Shown: positions 9,641 through 22,868, numbered from the whole stretch's first letter. The stretch: DNA of 63,629 nt, filler included, from Olpidium bornovanus S191 (GCA_017911155.1; 30 parts of 30 records of this genome joined end to end with filler, not necessarily neighbours in it); one strand, 5' to 3'. The notes: generated from the letters alone by a model not told the origin. Made by a program: numbers and translations.

Positions 9641-11019
9641 GCGAGGTTCTCGTTGCGGCTTTTTTCTGTTGTCGTAATCCCTTCGCGAGGTGGCGAGACG
9701 GAGCGAACGGAACGAACTCGGAGCAACAACCTGACGCAAAAGAAAACTCGAACTGCGTGAGGCGCAGCGGGACTCGCCCGCCGTCGTCGTGGAGCGGGAA
9801 ATTCTAATCCGATCCTAAGCTCTGCAAGCGAAACTCGGGTGGAAGGCGCTCAACGCGGCGACCTTGTTTGGACCGCGGCGCTGTAGAAAAAAGCCGTCCC
9901 CTCGTCCCTCTTCTCCAGATCCCACTCCCGCCGTAAACCTTGCAAGAAAGCGTTAACAGAGGCGAGCCAGAGTCCACCTTTGCTGCGCAAGACCACCACT
10001 TGGCGTGGCGCCGCGTCTCTTTATGTCCCGTTTAATCAAAATTGGTCCGCTTGACGATCGTCGGTCGACGGTGCAAAACCCGGCTTTAAAATAAAAAAAT
10101 CCGAGAAAATCGATAAATCAAGAAGAGATCTGCCAATGTCAATAGACGCCAAATATTCGCCTACACTGCCCAGAGGAACGCAAGGAAAAAAAAAGAAAAC
10201 GCGGGCACGATGGTGGGATCCTTCGGCGAAACGCAAGCGTGCCCGGCTGTTGTTAACCTTTTCTTCCAAATTCCAGTCTTTGTTAATGCAATATAACTGA
10301 GGTCGAGCAAAGCGCACCGAGCAGTCAGCGGCACGATGTCGCAAAATAAATTCACCGCGGCAGCTGCCCACGGCAGCCGGCCCGCTTTATCAGCGGCGAT
10401 TAAGCGGAGTTCGAGTATTGACATTCGCGCTCCGCAAGCCGGCGCTCGCGGCGGGGGATAGCGTGGGAACCTACGCAAGGTCGGCGTCGGTGGCGGCAGC
10501 TTAACCGTACACACATGTCGGCGGTAGAAACCTTACCTGCGAGAACGCCAAATTTCTCGCGCACGAGAGCCGGAAATAATTTACCCATTACCGGCCACCG
10601 CGACCCGTGATATCTCACCGTTGATGCCGCCGGAGCCTTCCAAGTGTTAAGCTTTGCAAGGCAGAAACCGTTGCCAAGGAAGCACTGTGTGGGGGTGTTT
10701 GCACGTTCTTTTTCAAGGAGCACAAACCCCCCCGCGTGAGGGAGTTTTGTGGGGGGGGGGGGGGGGGGGGGAGGAGGGGGCAACCGGTTCGGGGAATTCA
10801 CAGATTCACGGGGATCACAAGATTCACGGAATCTGCGGAGGTGGGGGCAGGAGCTAGAGCAGGAGCAGAGACCGATGCCGAATCTGTGATTCCNNNNNNN
10901 NNNNNNNNNNNNNNNNNNNNNNNNNNNNNNNNNNNNNTTAATTAATTAANNNNNNNNNNNNNNNNNNNNNNNNNNNNNNNNNNNNNNNNNNNNCATGAGA
11001 CCACGCCATTGCTACTTGC

Positions 11020-12262
11020 CATAGTGATCGGAATGGAAATGGGACAGAAAGTAGGCGGTCGGATGAGTAGATTCTTGTGGGGGATCAATCGGCCCGTACG
11101 AGAACGCGTCGACAACGATCGATGTACCTTGACCGTCGGATGTCAGTCGTTGCGACTCAGCGCAGGAGAACCCAATCGAATAAAAAATACCTGATATACG
11201 CTTGTACGATGGGCAAGTCTTCTTTTCCTGCGAGCGCGGCGTACAGGGTGTTTGATCACTTGGTTGCGGTTTAGATTGCAACACGGAGGGCGAAGTCGAA
11301 ACCGCTTGGTGGCTTGCGGAGGATGTGCCGTTGGTGGATTTTGCGAACTTAGACCCAGAACTGACGACTTTACCATTGGCGGCAGCCGACGGCATTCTCT
11401 GGAGCGAACCCATTTCAGAGCATTTCGGATACGGAGAAAGGACGGATCAGCCATCGTGTTCCGAGGCACGTTCGCAGGATCCGGCAGTCGTTGCTGAAAC
11501 TTTCTCCAAAAAACTGGCGGCCTCGTCTCTCAACGCTCTCACCGGGCCAGTTCGTGCGTCGACATCGTAGCGGAGTAACAAGGGCGGAGACGCCTCGGTG
11601 GTCGCTTCGCCGGTGTCCTTCGCTCCAGAAAGGGTACACACGCCACTAGTGCTCTCGGTCGTCTTCGCAGGAAAAGGCGATAGTGGCGGCGGTGACGTGG
11701 ACTCTGCCTGAGTGTGATCGAGTGCTCCCTTTTCGAGGCAGCGGTCCACGTGGCGGGTTCTGGCCTGCAAAGTCCGCAAGCGCGTCCGAAACCGACGGTG
11801 AGCGTCGTGATCGCACGACTGCTAGCAAAAAAAACTTCGCCTAGTAACGACGACGCAATTAACCATTTCATCCAGGGAATGGATAATTTCCCAGCACACG
11901 GGGCAAACAACCGGCAGCTCGACCGTTGTTTCGTCAGGAGGGAAGGGGTTCGACGCGGGCGCAGGCACGGCCAGGTCGCCGTTCGGCTTCCGCTGCGGCT
12001 TAAAAAAGTGCGAAATTTTTAAAACGTGGCCGCTTGCACACGAGGTCGTGGTGATGGTGGGGTTGGCGGCCGCCGTCGGCTCCGACTTCGGGGCCCGCAA
12101 GGAAGTTTTCCTTTTCCGCGAGGTCCGCCCGGGCTCGTTCTCATCGTTCGCATCGACAGCGGGCGCCGCGGCGATCGCTCTCCCGCCGCGCTTCGCGGCG
12201 TTCCCGGCGGCGACAGCGGCGGCGGTCTTCCGCGCGCCGCTCCCCGCCCGGCGGCCGGACAT
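11020..12262 (-). CDS. PSO2: SNM1A/PSO2 DNA interstrand cross-link repair nuclease (UBZ finger plus start of metallo-beta-lactamase domain), 3' truncated
   Basis: Spliced CPVCWEIIHSLDEM|ARTRHVDRCL (UBZ-type C2HC; intron 11765-11863), CPSYKRISG|TSIVVDAFSYG (intron 11128-11190) and TAYFLSHFHSDHYG (HxHxDH motif). Confidence 0.92.
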
Positions 12263-13589
12263 GGCGGAGAAGCCGGCCCGCGCCGAGGGACGAGAGCGGC
12301 CGGCGGCGAGCTGAACGCCGATTTCCAAGGGAGCCGGGACCACGACGGGAAGAGCTACCCGCGGTCGCGGCGTGGCAGTTGCGGCGACCGAGGAGAACTG
12401 GGCTCTGCGGAAGAGCCTGCAAACGGGCGGCGTCGGCGGCGAGCCAGGCGAAGGCGAGGCGGACAGCACCCACGCCGTCCGAGCCGGAGGGAGGAGCCGC
12501 GGCCCGCTGCTGCCCATGGGGAGGAGAAGGACCTCGCTGCTCGGGGTCCGCCTGCCCGCGGGGGGAACCCCTTTTCCGTCACGGGTCGCGCGGCGGCCTT
12601 GTAAGTTTAGGGCCAAAAGGATAAAAAAAAAAAAAGAAAAATCTCCCGCCGTTGAATTGAGCCGGCGAGACGGGGAACTTTTGGAGGCGAAAAAAACGGC
12701 TCCTATTTACTTGCTATCACTTCGGTGATCTTCGTTCCCTCAAAGATGGTGCCAGGGTTCACCTATGTATTGGGCTGGCCTAATTTACATGATCTCATCA
12801 ATCTTGGTGGGCGCAATGCCTGACTTCCCTTTTTTTCTATTACTTCCATAAACAGGCTTTATTTTGAGTATGTAGGAAATGAACAGCGGATGATGTTTCG
12901 GATGATTGGAAAGCTTTCGTCATGTGCTATGGACTATGTTACGGCAAGGAATCTTTAGCCATTATGTCACGGTTGCGCCTGACCGGGAGTCACGGTTCCG
13001 GCCGCCCCCGATACGCTCGCAACATGGTTCGCACGGTCACACGATTGAATATTCCAAGGGGAAGGCACACCGTGCCTCCCAAACAATATGGGCGTTCACA
13101 ACCAAATAAACCTCTATTTCACGTCTCACGGCGAGTCCTACGAGAACGCCCTCGATGCGCACACAACATTATGCCCGCTGGTCGCGCGCACAAATGGGGT
13201 GCGTTGGCTTGAAACTCCCACATATAAACAGAACCTCGAAACGCATAGAATCACGTCGTCCTCACACAAACGAGCTAGCCCCGAACTCAAACCTCGATTT
13301 CAAAACACGGACTCACGAGTCTCTTAACATGNNNNNNNNNNNNNNNNNNNNNNNNNNNNNNNNNNNNNNNNNNNNTTAATTAATTAANNNNNNNNNNNNN
13401 NNNNNNNNNNNNNNNNNNNNNNNNNNNNNNNAAAAAAAAAAAAAAGAGGAAGAAACGGAGTGCAAAGCGTCAGCAGGGCTGCGCGGAAAGAGGGGTTAGG
13501 GAGAGACAAGGCGGGCGGTTCTCCGCACGCCCGGAGCGGCGTCTTTTTTTTTTTTTTTTTTTTTTTTTTTCCTTGGGGGTTCTTGTCTT

Positions 13590-15537
13590 TTCCGCGGGAG
13601 CGCTACTCCTCCCGCCACTCACCGTTGCTCGAGCTGTTGATCACGCCGGTCACGCTCGACGTGTAGATCCGACCTTTCAGGTGCAGGCTCCCCCTCCTCG
13701 AGTTGGGCGTTTTCGAGGCGCGCTGGAAGAGCTGCGACGCACTCCCGCTGAGCTTCTTGCCCGAACCGGATTCCTTGCAAAGCAGGATGATCTTTTGGAA
13801 CAGGTACACGGTCAACTCCCGCTCGAAGTCCTGCGTGACCATGACAAACTTTTCCGAGAGCAAAAGCGGCCCGAAGGAATCCAACCGGTGGCCCTGCGAT
13901 CGAGTGAGCCAACAGGATAGCGTCAGTACGCGAAAAAAAAAGGGGGGGGGGGGGGGGGGCGGGGGCTACACCGCCTCCCCTTGCCCGTACCTTCCAATCA
14001 AGGACCCGCAAGGTCAGGTCAACGACGGTGGCCGCGTTGTCCTGCCTCCGCCGCTCCTCGTTTACCCGGTCGGCCACGCGCTTGATAGCGTCGCGACCTG
14101 CGGTGAGATCTCCAAGTAGATACGCCGCGCCGGAGTCCGTGTATTTGATCAACTCCTGCCGCGTTAAACGAAACCCGCGAGCAACCGTTAGCCATAGTGC
14201 ACGCTTTCCGGATTCAGCGACAGCGAAAAGCCGACGTCGCTGGCGAAACTCACTCCCAGCAAGAGAGGGTATTTGCAGATGCGCTGCACCGGCTTAATAA
14301 GAAGCGCCGGAAGGGCGTGCGTCGGTTCCAAAACGTTTGTCATTTTCTGAAGACAAAAAAAAATAAAGAAAAGAAATGAAATTAATGCGGGGAACCAGGT
14401 TCAGCCTCTTATGACGCTACCCACCCCCGCGGAAACCAGGCGGACTGGGCTCGGGGGACGCTGCGAAGGTCTCACCATCAAATTGGACGCTTCCTCCACG
14501 ACGATGTCGCTCGCGACGGCGTAATTACCGCAGAACGGCTCGTACACGGCGAACTCCTCCTCCATCTGCAGGAAGAGGGTGCCGAACCGCTGGTCCGCCT
14601 GCGGAAGTTGGGCGTTGGCCTCGACTCCCATGAGGAATTTTCTTTGGAAGTCGACGAGGCTATCGAGGTTCAGAAACATCTTGCGGACCGTCGCCAACGG
14701 CACGATTTCGTTTCGCTCCAGCTGCTTCATGTAGTCCTTTATCGGGAGGATGCGGGCGGGAGGGGAGAGTCAGGCGGATGCTTTCGGCCCAGTGGTGCGG
14801 GAACCCGCCTTATGACGAAAACTCACCTGCAGGATCTCCAGGTCGCTGACGTATTTCCGCTCCGTTTCCAGGAGCTCGGTCACGACTTTTTCCCGGTTGC
14901 CGACTGGGCCTTCGGAGCGCCGTTTAGTGGTCGAAAGGCGGATAGACGTTGGACTGTTTCTCACGAGCAGATCCTGAGCCTCCAGGCGGTCGACTATCTC
15001 GGAAACCACTTGGACGACCTGCGGTTTAACCGGGGTAAGGCGAATGCCTCGCACGAACCCCATTTTGCAAGCACAAAAAAAAAAGAGAGAGAAATCATTC
15101 TGACGGGGCACGTGCCTTCACAAAACCATTCGTGTCGTCCTTGTACAGCTCGGAGATGGAAAACAACTGGTTGTCACGAAACTGCAACTCGGTTTTGCAG
15201 GCGAGAAGGAACCTGTAAACGCTCTTTTTGCAGTCGTTCAGGCTGGTCAGGCCGTCCAGGTCCTTGACCTCCAGCGGCTCTTTTGGCCGTCCCCCGTTGT
15301 AAAGTGCGCACAGCGCCGCTCCCGTCCGGAAGGCGGTCCACAGGGCTTTCACCGGGTCGCTGGCCGGCGACAGCGATCCGTCCGGAAAAGTGACAATGTC
15401 CGGGTTCACATCCGGGTCGAGGTAAATCTCAAATCCCGGAACGCACAGCAGTCGGCCGGCTAGGTGCAAGCACTGCTGATAGAGAGAAGTCGGCGGCGCT
15501 GCCGGCTTGTTCGTCTGCTGGGGCAAGCCGACAGCAG
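13590..15537 (-). CDS. CDC24: Cdc24/Scd1 Rho guanine-nucleotide exchange factor (CH-like, DH and PH domains), multi-exon, partial
   Basis: DPVKALWTAFRTGAALCALYN (CDC24 CH-like domain); REKVVTELLETERKYVSDLEILQ and LDSLVDFQRKFLMGVEANA...YEPFCGNY (DH); FGPLLLSEKF...VYLFQKIILLCKE (PH). Confidence 0.95.
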
Positions 15538-15643
15538 CTGCAAAACGCAACGGCAGTTTCGGGGTGCGAAAGACAAAGAAGCCGGCGTGAGCTCTAGGTA
15601 CGAACCACGGGCCGTCGATGAAGCGCAACAGGCTGTTCTCTTC

Positions 15644-15711
<68 letters not shown>

Positions 15712-15811
15712 NNNNNNNNNNNNNNNNNNNNNNNNNNNNNNNNNNNNNNNNNNNNTTAATTAATTAANNNNNNNNNNNNNNNNNNNNNNNNNNNNNNNNN
15801 NNNNNNNNNNN

Positions 15812-15922
15812 CCCGATTGCTTCGTCGGCAAGTGGGGCAAGAAGTATTACAAAGGATTCAAGCTTGTAATTGGCAGGGGCAACGGAGTGCATCGCAAGAT
15901 CAACCCCAATAACTGGTTCTAA
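15812..15922 (+). CDS. C-terminal coding fragment of an unknown protein
   Basis: Open from the contig edge: PDCFVGKWGKKYYKGFKLVIGRGNGVHRKINPNNWF*, with coding-like codon usage. Confidence 0.4.
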   Translation, partial: PDCFVGKWGKKYYKGFKLVIGRGNGVHRKINPNNWF

Positions 15923-16452
15923 CTTCGGCATGTGGCGAAAAACGGGAAGTCTCAAGAGGCGCGAGAAATATATATGTTCGCTGTACCTGGATACCTAATC
16001 CTGCGTGCCCTTTACAGGGGGGCCTAATGTTGCGTACCCTCCGTTCTGGAGTGACGAAATAGACGACAGGAAGGGGGGGGGGGGGGGGGGGGGCAGGGAT
16101 CTCGCGAAAAACTCTAAAATCCGTTGACGGAGTTGCATCCTCCATCGCTGGGCATCCGCCGTCAGGGCAAATTAACGGTTCACGCACAGTCCAAAACTCC
16201 CGGAGGGCTTCCCTCTGTTCTCTACAGATGGCGCTGTTCACACAACTGGCAGCTGCGGGGAATCGCTCTCGCAGGAACGCTCATGCAGTCTTGATGTAAA
16301 AGGAAAACCGTGGTATGGAACTGGCAAGCGGTTGCAGATGCTGATGGAGTGACCAATTGCGCAGAAAATTTCGACCACACCTAGCAAAAATGCGGCAGAA
16401 GGAAACGAAAATATAGGGCGAAAACCCCACCGAGTGGCTGGGGCCGGGAGTA

Positions 16453-18073
16453 TCACTGGTCAAACCAGTTCTTGACTCGCCGTGACCGCCGCTGCTGCAC
16501 TTTCTGGTATTTGTACACGAGGTTGAGAGCGTCCTGCCGGTGACCGGGAGTCACGGGCCGCACAGCACATATAGTCGGTTAATGTTCACGGGTGTCCTCG
16601 TTCGCGCACAACAAACCAGAACAGCACCCGTGGTCCATACCTTTAACGCAACAAAGGCGCAGCCGCCCGCCATACTCCTGAGGAAGATGGTGGGGAAAGC
16701 CCTCCGCAGCCACGCCCCACACGGCGACAGACGCGCCGCGAGCATCCGCCCGCACACAGAGGATATCGTGGGAAACAGCAAGGCGCCCGCAACCAGCCGC
16801 GCGGGCTGCGGCCGGTCGAGCAGCTCCAGCTCCCGCAAACCCCCCTCGTCCACCGCCGGTTCTTCGTTGTTCGCGTTGCCGCCGTGCGATGCGGGGGACG
16901 GTCCGGGTGACGAGGACGGACGTGAGGGAGCTCGCCGCGTCCAGTGCGCCGTCAGGGTGGCGGTGATGCCGTCGAGCACGGTGCCGTAAACCAGCCTTTT
17001 CGATTTGTTTGTGCGACAATGATGATGGGATCAGTAGCCCAGCATGCGCAACTTGCGATCACCCCAGGTGGCAGATCCGCGATACCGCGAGTGGGAGACG
17101 CTCACCTCACCCACGGCAACATCGCCATCGTAACGGACATGGACGGCGGCCACCCGCTCAATCGCGCGGCGTCGTTCCCGAGCACGGCGAAAGGTATCAA
17201 CGGCAGTATGGGGTCAAACAAGCGCGTGCGCGAGACGACCAGGCCCAACGGGATTATCGGCAGGCCCAGCTAGGATCCCATTTTGAGCGGGCGGACATAA
17301 AGATAATTTAGCGAGGCGTGGAACCGCCGCGATCAAAACCCACGCCAGGAACTGGATGGGGGGGGGGGGGGGGGAGGGGGGGTTGCGCAAAAAGCCGCCT
17401 TCTCGCGGCAAAACAATTATGCGGACGCACCCAGACTTTCCACGTCCACGGATGATACACCCGAAGCAGCCGCTCGCCCTCTTCGGCGCCACACATCGCC
17501 AGGACCGCGTGGGCACTGCGCGCGATTGTCGCGCCGACACTGGTTAGACTGCGGAAGTCGGAGTGGTCCCACCGTTCCTGCTCGGCGTCGCTGCTGACAA
17601 GTAGCTAACTTCTTACCCGTACGTCGTGCTCGTCAGCAGGCCGATGACGGCCAGACCGGTGCCAGTGATGACCGGCATCGCGTACCGGACGATCGTTTCC
17701 CCGAAATCGAAGACCCTCAAGAGCAAAGGTCGTTTTTCAACGACGTGGAACGGCTCGTTGCACTGCGGGCAATTCACCTGACGCGTGCGTTTGCGGTGCG
17801 GGGGACGAGAGGACGAGTTCGATGAGCGAGGCGAATGCGGGTCGCCCTAGCCGGGCGTAACGCCTGCAACTTCCAAGCAAGGTTCGTGTAGGCAAGGTTT
17901 CGATGCCGATGTCCGTTCCCCGGAAGTCACGTCTTTGACGCACTTGTGCGGGGGTCCCGGTGGCGATACGGGTCAAGGAGCTGGCCCGTACCTGCACCTG
18001 TCCGAGGTCCTGCTCCCGCTGTTTTTCCGATATCCAGTTTAGCAGGCACTGCTCGTGGCCTACCAAGGAACAC
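16453..18073 (-). CDS. MARCH5: MARCH5/MITOL-like RING-CH membrane E3 ubiquitin ligase, multi-exon, 5' truncated
   Basis: Exons CSLVGHEQCLLNWISEKQ, VNCPQCNEPFHVV...LLTSTTYG, LGLPIIPLGLVVSR, RLVAGALLFPTISSVCGRML...RSMAGGCAFVALK and DALNLVYKYQKVQQRRSRRVKNWFDQ* follow the MARCH5 motif order (HQACL..W..EKQ, CPQC, TYG, LPTIP, GALVFPTI, GGIAFVAIK). Confidence 0.85.
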
Positions 18074-20218
18074 CTGCGGCGTTGTAGGAAGCGTAGGCTC
18101 TTCAGCCCCACACGGAACCGGTGACCGTTAAAGATAAAAAGTGCCAAACGCGCCGGGGGGGGGGGGGGGGGGCCNNNNNNNNNNNNNNNNNNNNNNNNNN
18201 NNNNNNNNNNNNNNNNNNTTAATTAATTAANNNNNNNNNNNNNNNNNNNNNNNNNNNNNNNNNNNNNNNNNNNNCATGTAATGGTCTATGCGAATTGCTT
18301 TGGCTTTGCTTAGCGTCTGCTTATCCTTCAAATATCCTTGCAAATGCAGGCTGTACCACGTGAGGCGAATCCAAGTGGAACAAAGTTGTGGAATTGAACA
18401 CAACCGAAAAACTTCGCGGGATGGTGAAGAGAAGCGCCGACCGTTGTCTAATTGAGCATCTTTACAATGTACGGGGGACATTCAACTTTGATGGCGCCCC
18501 TCCTGTCGATACTATGAGTGACCCTGATGGCACTATCTTCTAGTTAATTTTAGGGTGAGTATGCTATACGTCAGAGCAAAATTTGGCGATTGGTTCGAGT
18601 AGCTATAAGGGGTGCAATTCTTGGATAACTGAGTATTTTATGCAGAATGAAAACCTCAGGAGCTGCATGCCACAGCCCACTACCAGGAGTCTTCCCCTTT
18701 TTAGGACGAAGCACGGCACCTATCCTCTATGGCTGGTTGAGTTTGCTATAGACCCTTTCGAAGTACTTTCGAACTAGACCTTCTTTCTGTGGATGCTGGC
18801 AACCAGACCATCCTCCTCTTTGTTACGAAGGAATGCTTGAAGTTGCGCCGAAAATTCTCTCGACGGCAAGCGGCGACCGGCTCAAACCAAAAAAGGGGGG
18901 GGGGGGGGGGGGGGAAGAGAGCTTTTTTTTGATCCGATCACGAAGTTGGCGGCGGAGAGGGGTGGTTTGTACCGCGCAGCAGCGGGAGAGCCCTGTTGCT
19001 TGCAGTGGGCGTCCGGCCGGGCCTCGTCTTTTTCTTTTTTTTTCCGTTGCTTTCAGCGGCGCTGAAAGCGTGAGAGTGAGAGTGAGAGAGAAAGGGAGGA
19101 GGAAAAATGGTCCGGCATTTTTTTCTCGGGACGCACGGAAAAACCGATTGTGTGTGATATCGACTAACTAGTCGATTGAGGCCTGTCGGGCTCTCCAATT
19201 GCAATGTACACTTGCGAGTTGGGTACACGGTTGTTATCTACCGCAACTACAGAATTCAGAGAGACCGGTACGAACGGTGAGGAGAAAGAGCGCTGGGACA
19301 GTGCAAACGGTCTTCTGCGGGGCCAGATGTAGGCGACAGAGAAAGCGGGAATTGACGTAGGCTTTGACGCTCGGCTTACAACCGTATATCTTGCGGAGAA
19401 GGCAAGCCAGCCCCGAGGTATCAGAGCTTTCGCTTTCCAGCGCAGCAGCAGCAGGAATTACTGGCGGGGAGAGTTGAATCTGGGAAGGTGGCGGGCGGGG
19501 GTCAGGTGACGAATCTCCGTGCGAGGTAGGGATCGCGCGGACGCAAACATTAGCCGCGTAAGCGGAGCGCCTGTTTTCGCCGATTCTCGCTAGCCAGGAC
19601 TCATTCTTGGGCCCGATTTGAGAAACGGGCGGCGGGCCCGAGGAGCCGTTGTGGGGCGTTTGGGTTGTCGGATCTGTGTCGGGAGAGGGTGGAGGGGCAG
19701 CACTGGCGACTTTGTGGTGTCGCGCGCGTTCCCCTCGCACCGCCGTCAATGCCCGCCGGGTTGTCTGCCGGTGGGGGAGGGGCCCGAGCGGGGGCGGGGG
19801 GCGGGAGAGATTCGGGGCGGCCGAAAAAAGCGCCGGGGAGAAGGGCCCCGGCACGGGCGGGTGAGTTGCGCGCAGGCGGGCCAACAAAAAAAAAATTCCG
19901 GCTCAATACACAAATCAACGCGACGCGCACGCGGACGCGTCAGCCGTTCGACGCCGGGCTTCGACCTCGATGCCCGCCGGTGCTGCAAGATAAAAAGGGC
20001 TGGCCGCCGGCTCGCGGGTTCGACCCTCCCGCCGCGCGTCCCCCTCCTCTTTCCCTTCCCCTCCCGCTCCTTCCCCTCCCCTATTACTCCGGGGCCCATC
20101 CTCCTCCTCCTCTTCCTCCTCTCCCCGCCCTCTTCCTCCTCTCCCCGCCCTCTTCCTCCCCCCAATCGGTGTCGCTTGCAGCGCAATTACATATTCCGTT
20201 TGCCGAGACCGGCAGGAC

Positions 20219-20886
20219 TTGATGGGATTCCATAAAATGGGGGGGCCCGCCGGCCGCGGACTCCTCAATTGCATCGCCGGCCTGTGCTTCCTCGCGGCCT
20301 GGGGGGGATCGGGAGCCGGCGGGCAGAATGTCGTCGTCCGGCCGGTCGTCAGGTACAAAGTCGAATCGCAGGTCGGCGCGGCGATCGTCAACGGAAAAAC
20401 GGTGAGCGGGCTGCGACGGGGGCGCAACGCCTCGCTTTGGACGCCGCGTGAAGGGGGGGGGGGGGAACCCAGAGCGGGGTACTGCCACGCGGCGCAACGC
20501 CGTCGAATCGCGCGCGATCCCCCGCCGGCGGGGGAGGAAGTACGGGTGGTTGAAACCCTCAGCGGTCTTTCGCCGCCTTCCCGCCCTTTTTGTCTCCCCC
20601 CCCCCCCCTCTTCCCTCTTCGATGCAAAGATCACGACGACGCAGCTCATCACGAAGACGGAGCAAGTGACGGAATTCACGACGATCACCATCCCGGCGCC
20701 GACCGTGACCGAACTCGCGACGATCACGGTTTTCTCCACGGAAGTCAACTACGTCACGACCACCACCATGTTGCCGGCTTCGGAAGGCGACGTCGTCACC
20801 AGGGTGGTCACGGTGACCACCACCGTCCCCCCGACGGAAAGCGAAACGGAGGAGCCCGCCCCGACGAGCTCGGACACCTCCTCCTC
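20219..20886 (+). CDS. Secreted Thr/Val/Glu-rich mucin-like or cell-wall protein, 3' truncated
   Basis: Hydrophobic N-terminus LLNCIAGLCFLAAWGG, a probable intron at 20372-20629 containing G and C runs, then ITTTQLITKTEQVTEFTTITIPAPTVTELATITV...TTTVPPTESETEEP. Confidence 0.7.
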
Positions 20887-20986
20887 NNNNNNNNNNNNNN
20901 NNNNNNNNNNNNNNNNNNNNNNNNNNNNNNTTAATTAATTAANNNNNNNNNNNNNNNNNNNNNNNNNNNNNNNNNNNNNNNNNNNN

Positions 20987-22667
20987 CATGATATCCGCTA
21001 ATGTGGTTCGCCCGCCCGCACTTCGCCCGTTTCTCGGTGTGCAACCCCGTTAACTCCGCCGTGGCCCCCGGACGAGCGATATGGATGCGGCAGTACACGC
21101 CCTGTTCCTCCGAGGAAGCGAGCTTTGTTGGCGTCAGGTGTTCCGCACTGGACACCATCGGCACCGGCGCGCTCGTGTCTGTCGGAATTCGCGTTCAACG
21201 TAAGGAATCAAAACGCTGCCCTTGCAGGTTCAGTTCGCTTTCGACTCGTTCGGCTTCCCAAGTGGCGCGCTTTTGCTCTTACATTTATCAATCCCCTTCC
21301 GTTGCGCCAGCTTCGGATTCCATTGACATTTGACAAGCAGTGGTACGACGTCTGCGCCCAGGCTTTTCAGCTCTGTGTCGTGAGCAATGACGTCGATGAC
21401 CCACCGCTTGAACACGTACAAGGACGCGTCACACAGGTTCGTCAAGACGTTCATGCGAGGAAATCTGGCGGAATAATGAGGATAAACCAACATCGGGAAA
21501 AACCAGCTCTTCACGCCTCGGGCGGGATTCCCGACATCCTACGCCTCAGCGGTTCCCTACCTTCTGACGAGGGACCTCCTGAGCTCAAGTCCCGTCTGCT
21601 CCCCGATTAATTCAAGATACACGAGTCGCGAATCGTCCGCGTCCACTCCAACCCACATCGGCGCTGGGGCGTCGTCCGTGTTAGCCGTTAACATGAGGCG
21701 GAAGAAATATTGCCGCGTCGTTCGTCGAAAGAAACCTACCAGGTTTGTCGTGGCGCAGAGACAAGTCGGATGCGACGGGTTCGAAAAACAACGCGCTCAT
21801 TGTGGGGTCCGTGACGCGGTACGCGTCCAGAAGGAAGCGCGGCTCTATGTCCGTGATGAGGCAGCAGCCTATAACGATAAAATCACGCTGTCGCGTTTTT
21901 TACGTGAACGATGACGCGACCACCGCGGTCACGGAGGGTCGAACTCGGAATCAGCAAACCAGGCAACGCAAAAGCCTAAAGTCGAACGGCAGCCGTTTGA
22001 ATGACGGGGCAGAACAACCTTGATTTTATCCTTCACAATGCGCAGTGCATCGGCCGAGCCCGGGGTCTCGCCCGCAGCAGACTGGTTCCACTGGGGATCC
22101 GAAAACACCTCCAGCGCCAGGGGCCCTTCGTAGCTGGAAAGATAATGCTCTATCCTCTCCCTCTGGTCGGTTGAAGTGGTAACTATAAGTGCGTCTGCGT
22201 GATCGCGGGCAGGCTTCAGCACGGTTTTGCACCACCACAGCATGGAGGGGGGAGGGGGGGGGGGGCACCCGTCTGCTCCGGCAACACGACCGGGCAGAGA
22301 CGGTGTCGCGGCTTGCAACGCTTGTCACGAACCGCTCACGCCCGCCCGCTCCAACCACGCGATCGGGTAGTGCAGCATGGGCTTGTTCGCGACGGGCAGC
22401 AGGGCCTTTGGGTGGTCGTCCTGGGCCAGAGGGTCCAACCTGGCGGCAGCGGAGAAAGTGGCGTGAGCGCGCCAGGCAAGCCGGGCAGCGAGAGCCGCAG
22501 GTGCAGGCGGCCGGCACCTGCGCAGGGAGCAAGTGCAGAACAAGGGCGGAAACGAGAGGGTTTGCGCCTTCTCACATGCTCCCTGGCCCGCAGAGGATGA
22601 CGGACTGGAATTCGGGGACGTAGTTGGCGCCCTTTCCCTGGTCCGCGCCCGAAAAGTCCAGCATCAT
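20987..22667 (-). CDS. GCD1: Translation initiation factor eIF2B gamma subunit, multi-exon, 3' truncated
   Basis: EFQSVILCGPGS, LDPLAQDDHPKALLPVANKPMLHYPIAWLERAG, GSADALRIVKDKIK, DFIVIGCCLITD, NLCDASLYVFKRWVID and KCGRANHISGY. Confidence 0.93.
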
Positions 22668-22864
22668 GGCGGGGGCGAGGGGCGGGGGGCGGGGCTGCGG
22701 GAGAGGGCCCGCTGAGAGAGACTGGTGGCGGTGCGGCGGGGGGGAAGGGAAAGCGGGAGGAGCGGGAGGAGCGGGGAAGAGGACGGACGGAGGAGGAGAG
22801 GAGGACGGAGGACGGAGGAAGGAGAGGAAGACGGGGACGGAATGAGGCGCGGACGGGCCGAGAG

Positions 22865-22868
<4 letters not shown>

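Noticed and set aside
10793-10893. 14-bp inverted repeat (GGAATTCACAGATTC / GAATCTGTGATTCC) as a MITE
   Set aside because: It is short, ends at the contig edge, and shows no target-site duplication or second copy.
16563-16573. CAGCACATATA resembling the U6 snRNA 5' region
   Set aside because: Only 11 nt match, the rest of U6 is absent, and it lies within the MARCH5-like gene.
20013-20033. GCGGGTTCGACCCTCCCGC as a tRNA T-arm
   Set aside because: The loop length is wrong, and no D-arm, anticodon arm or acceptor stem can be built.
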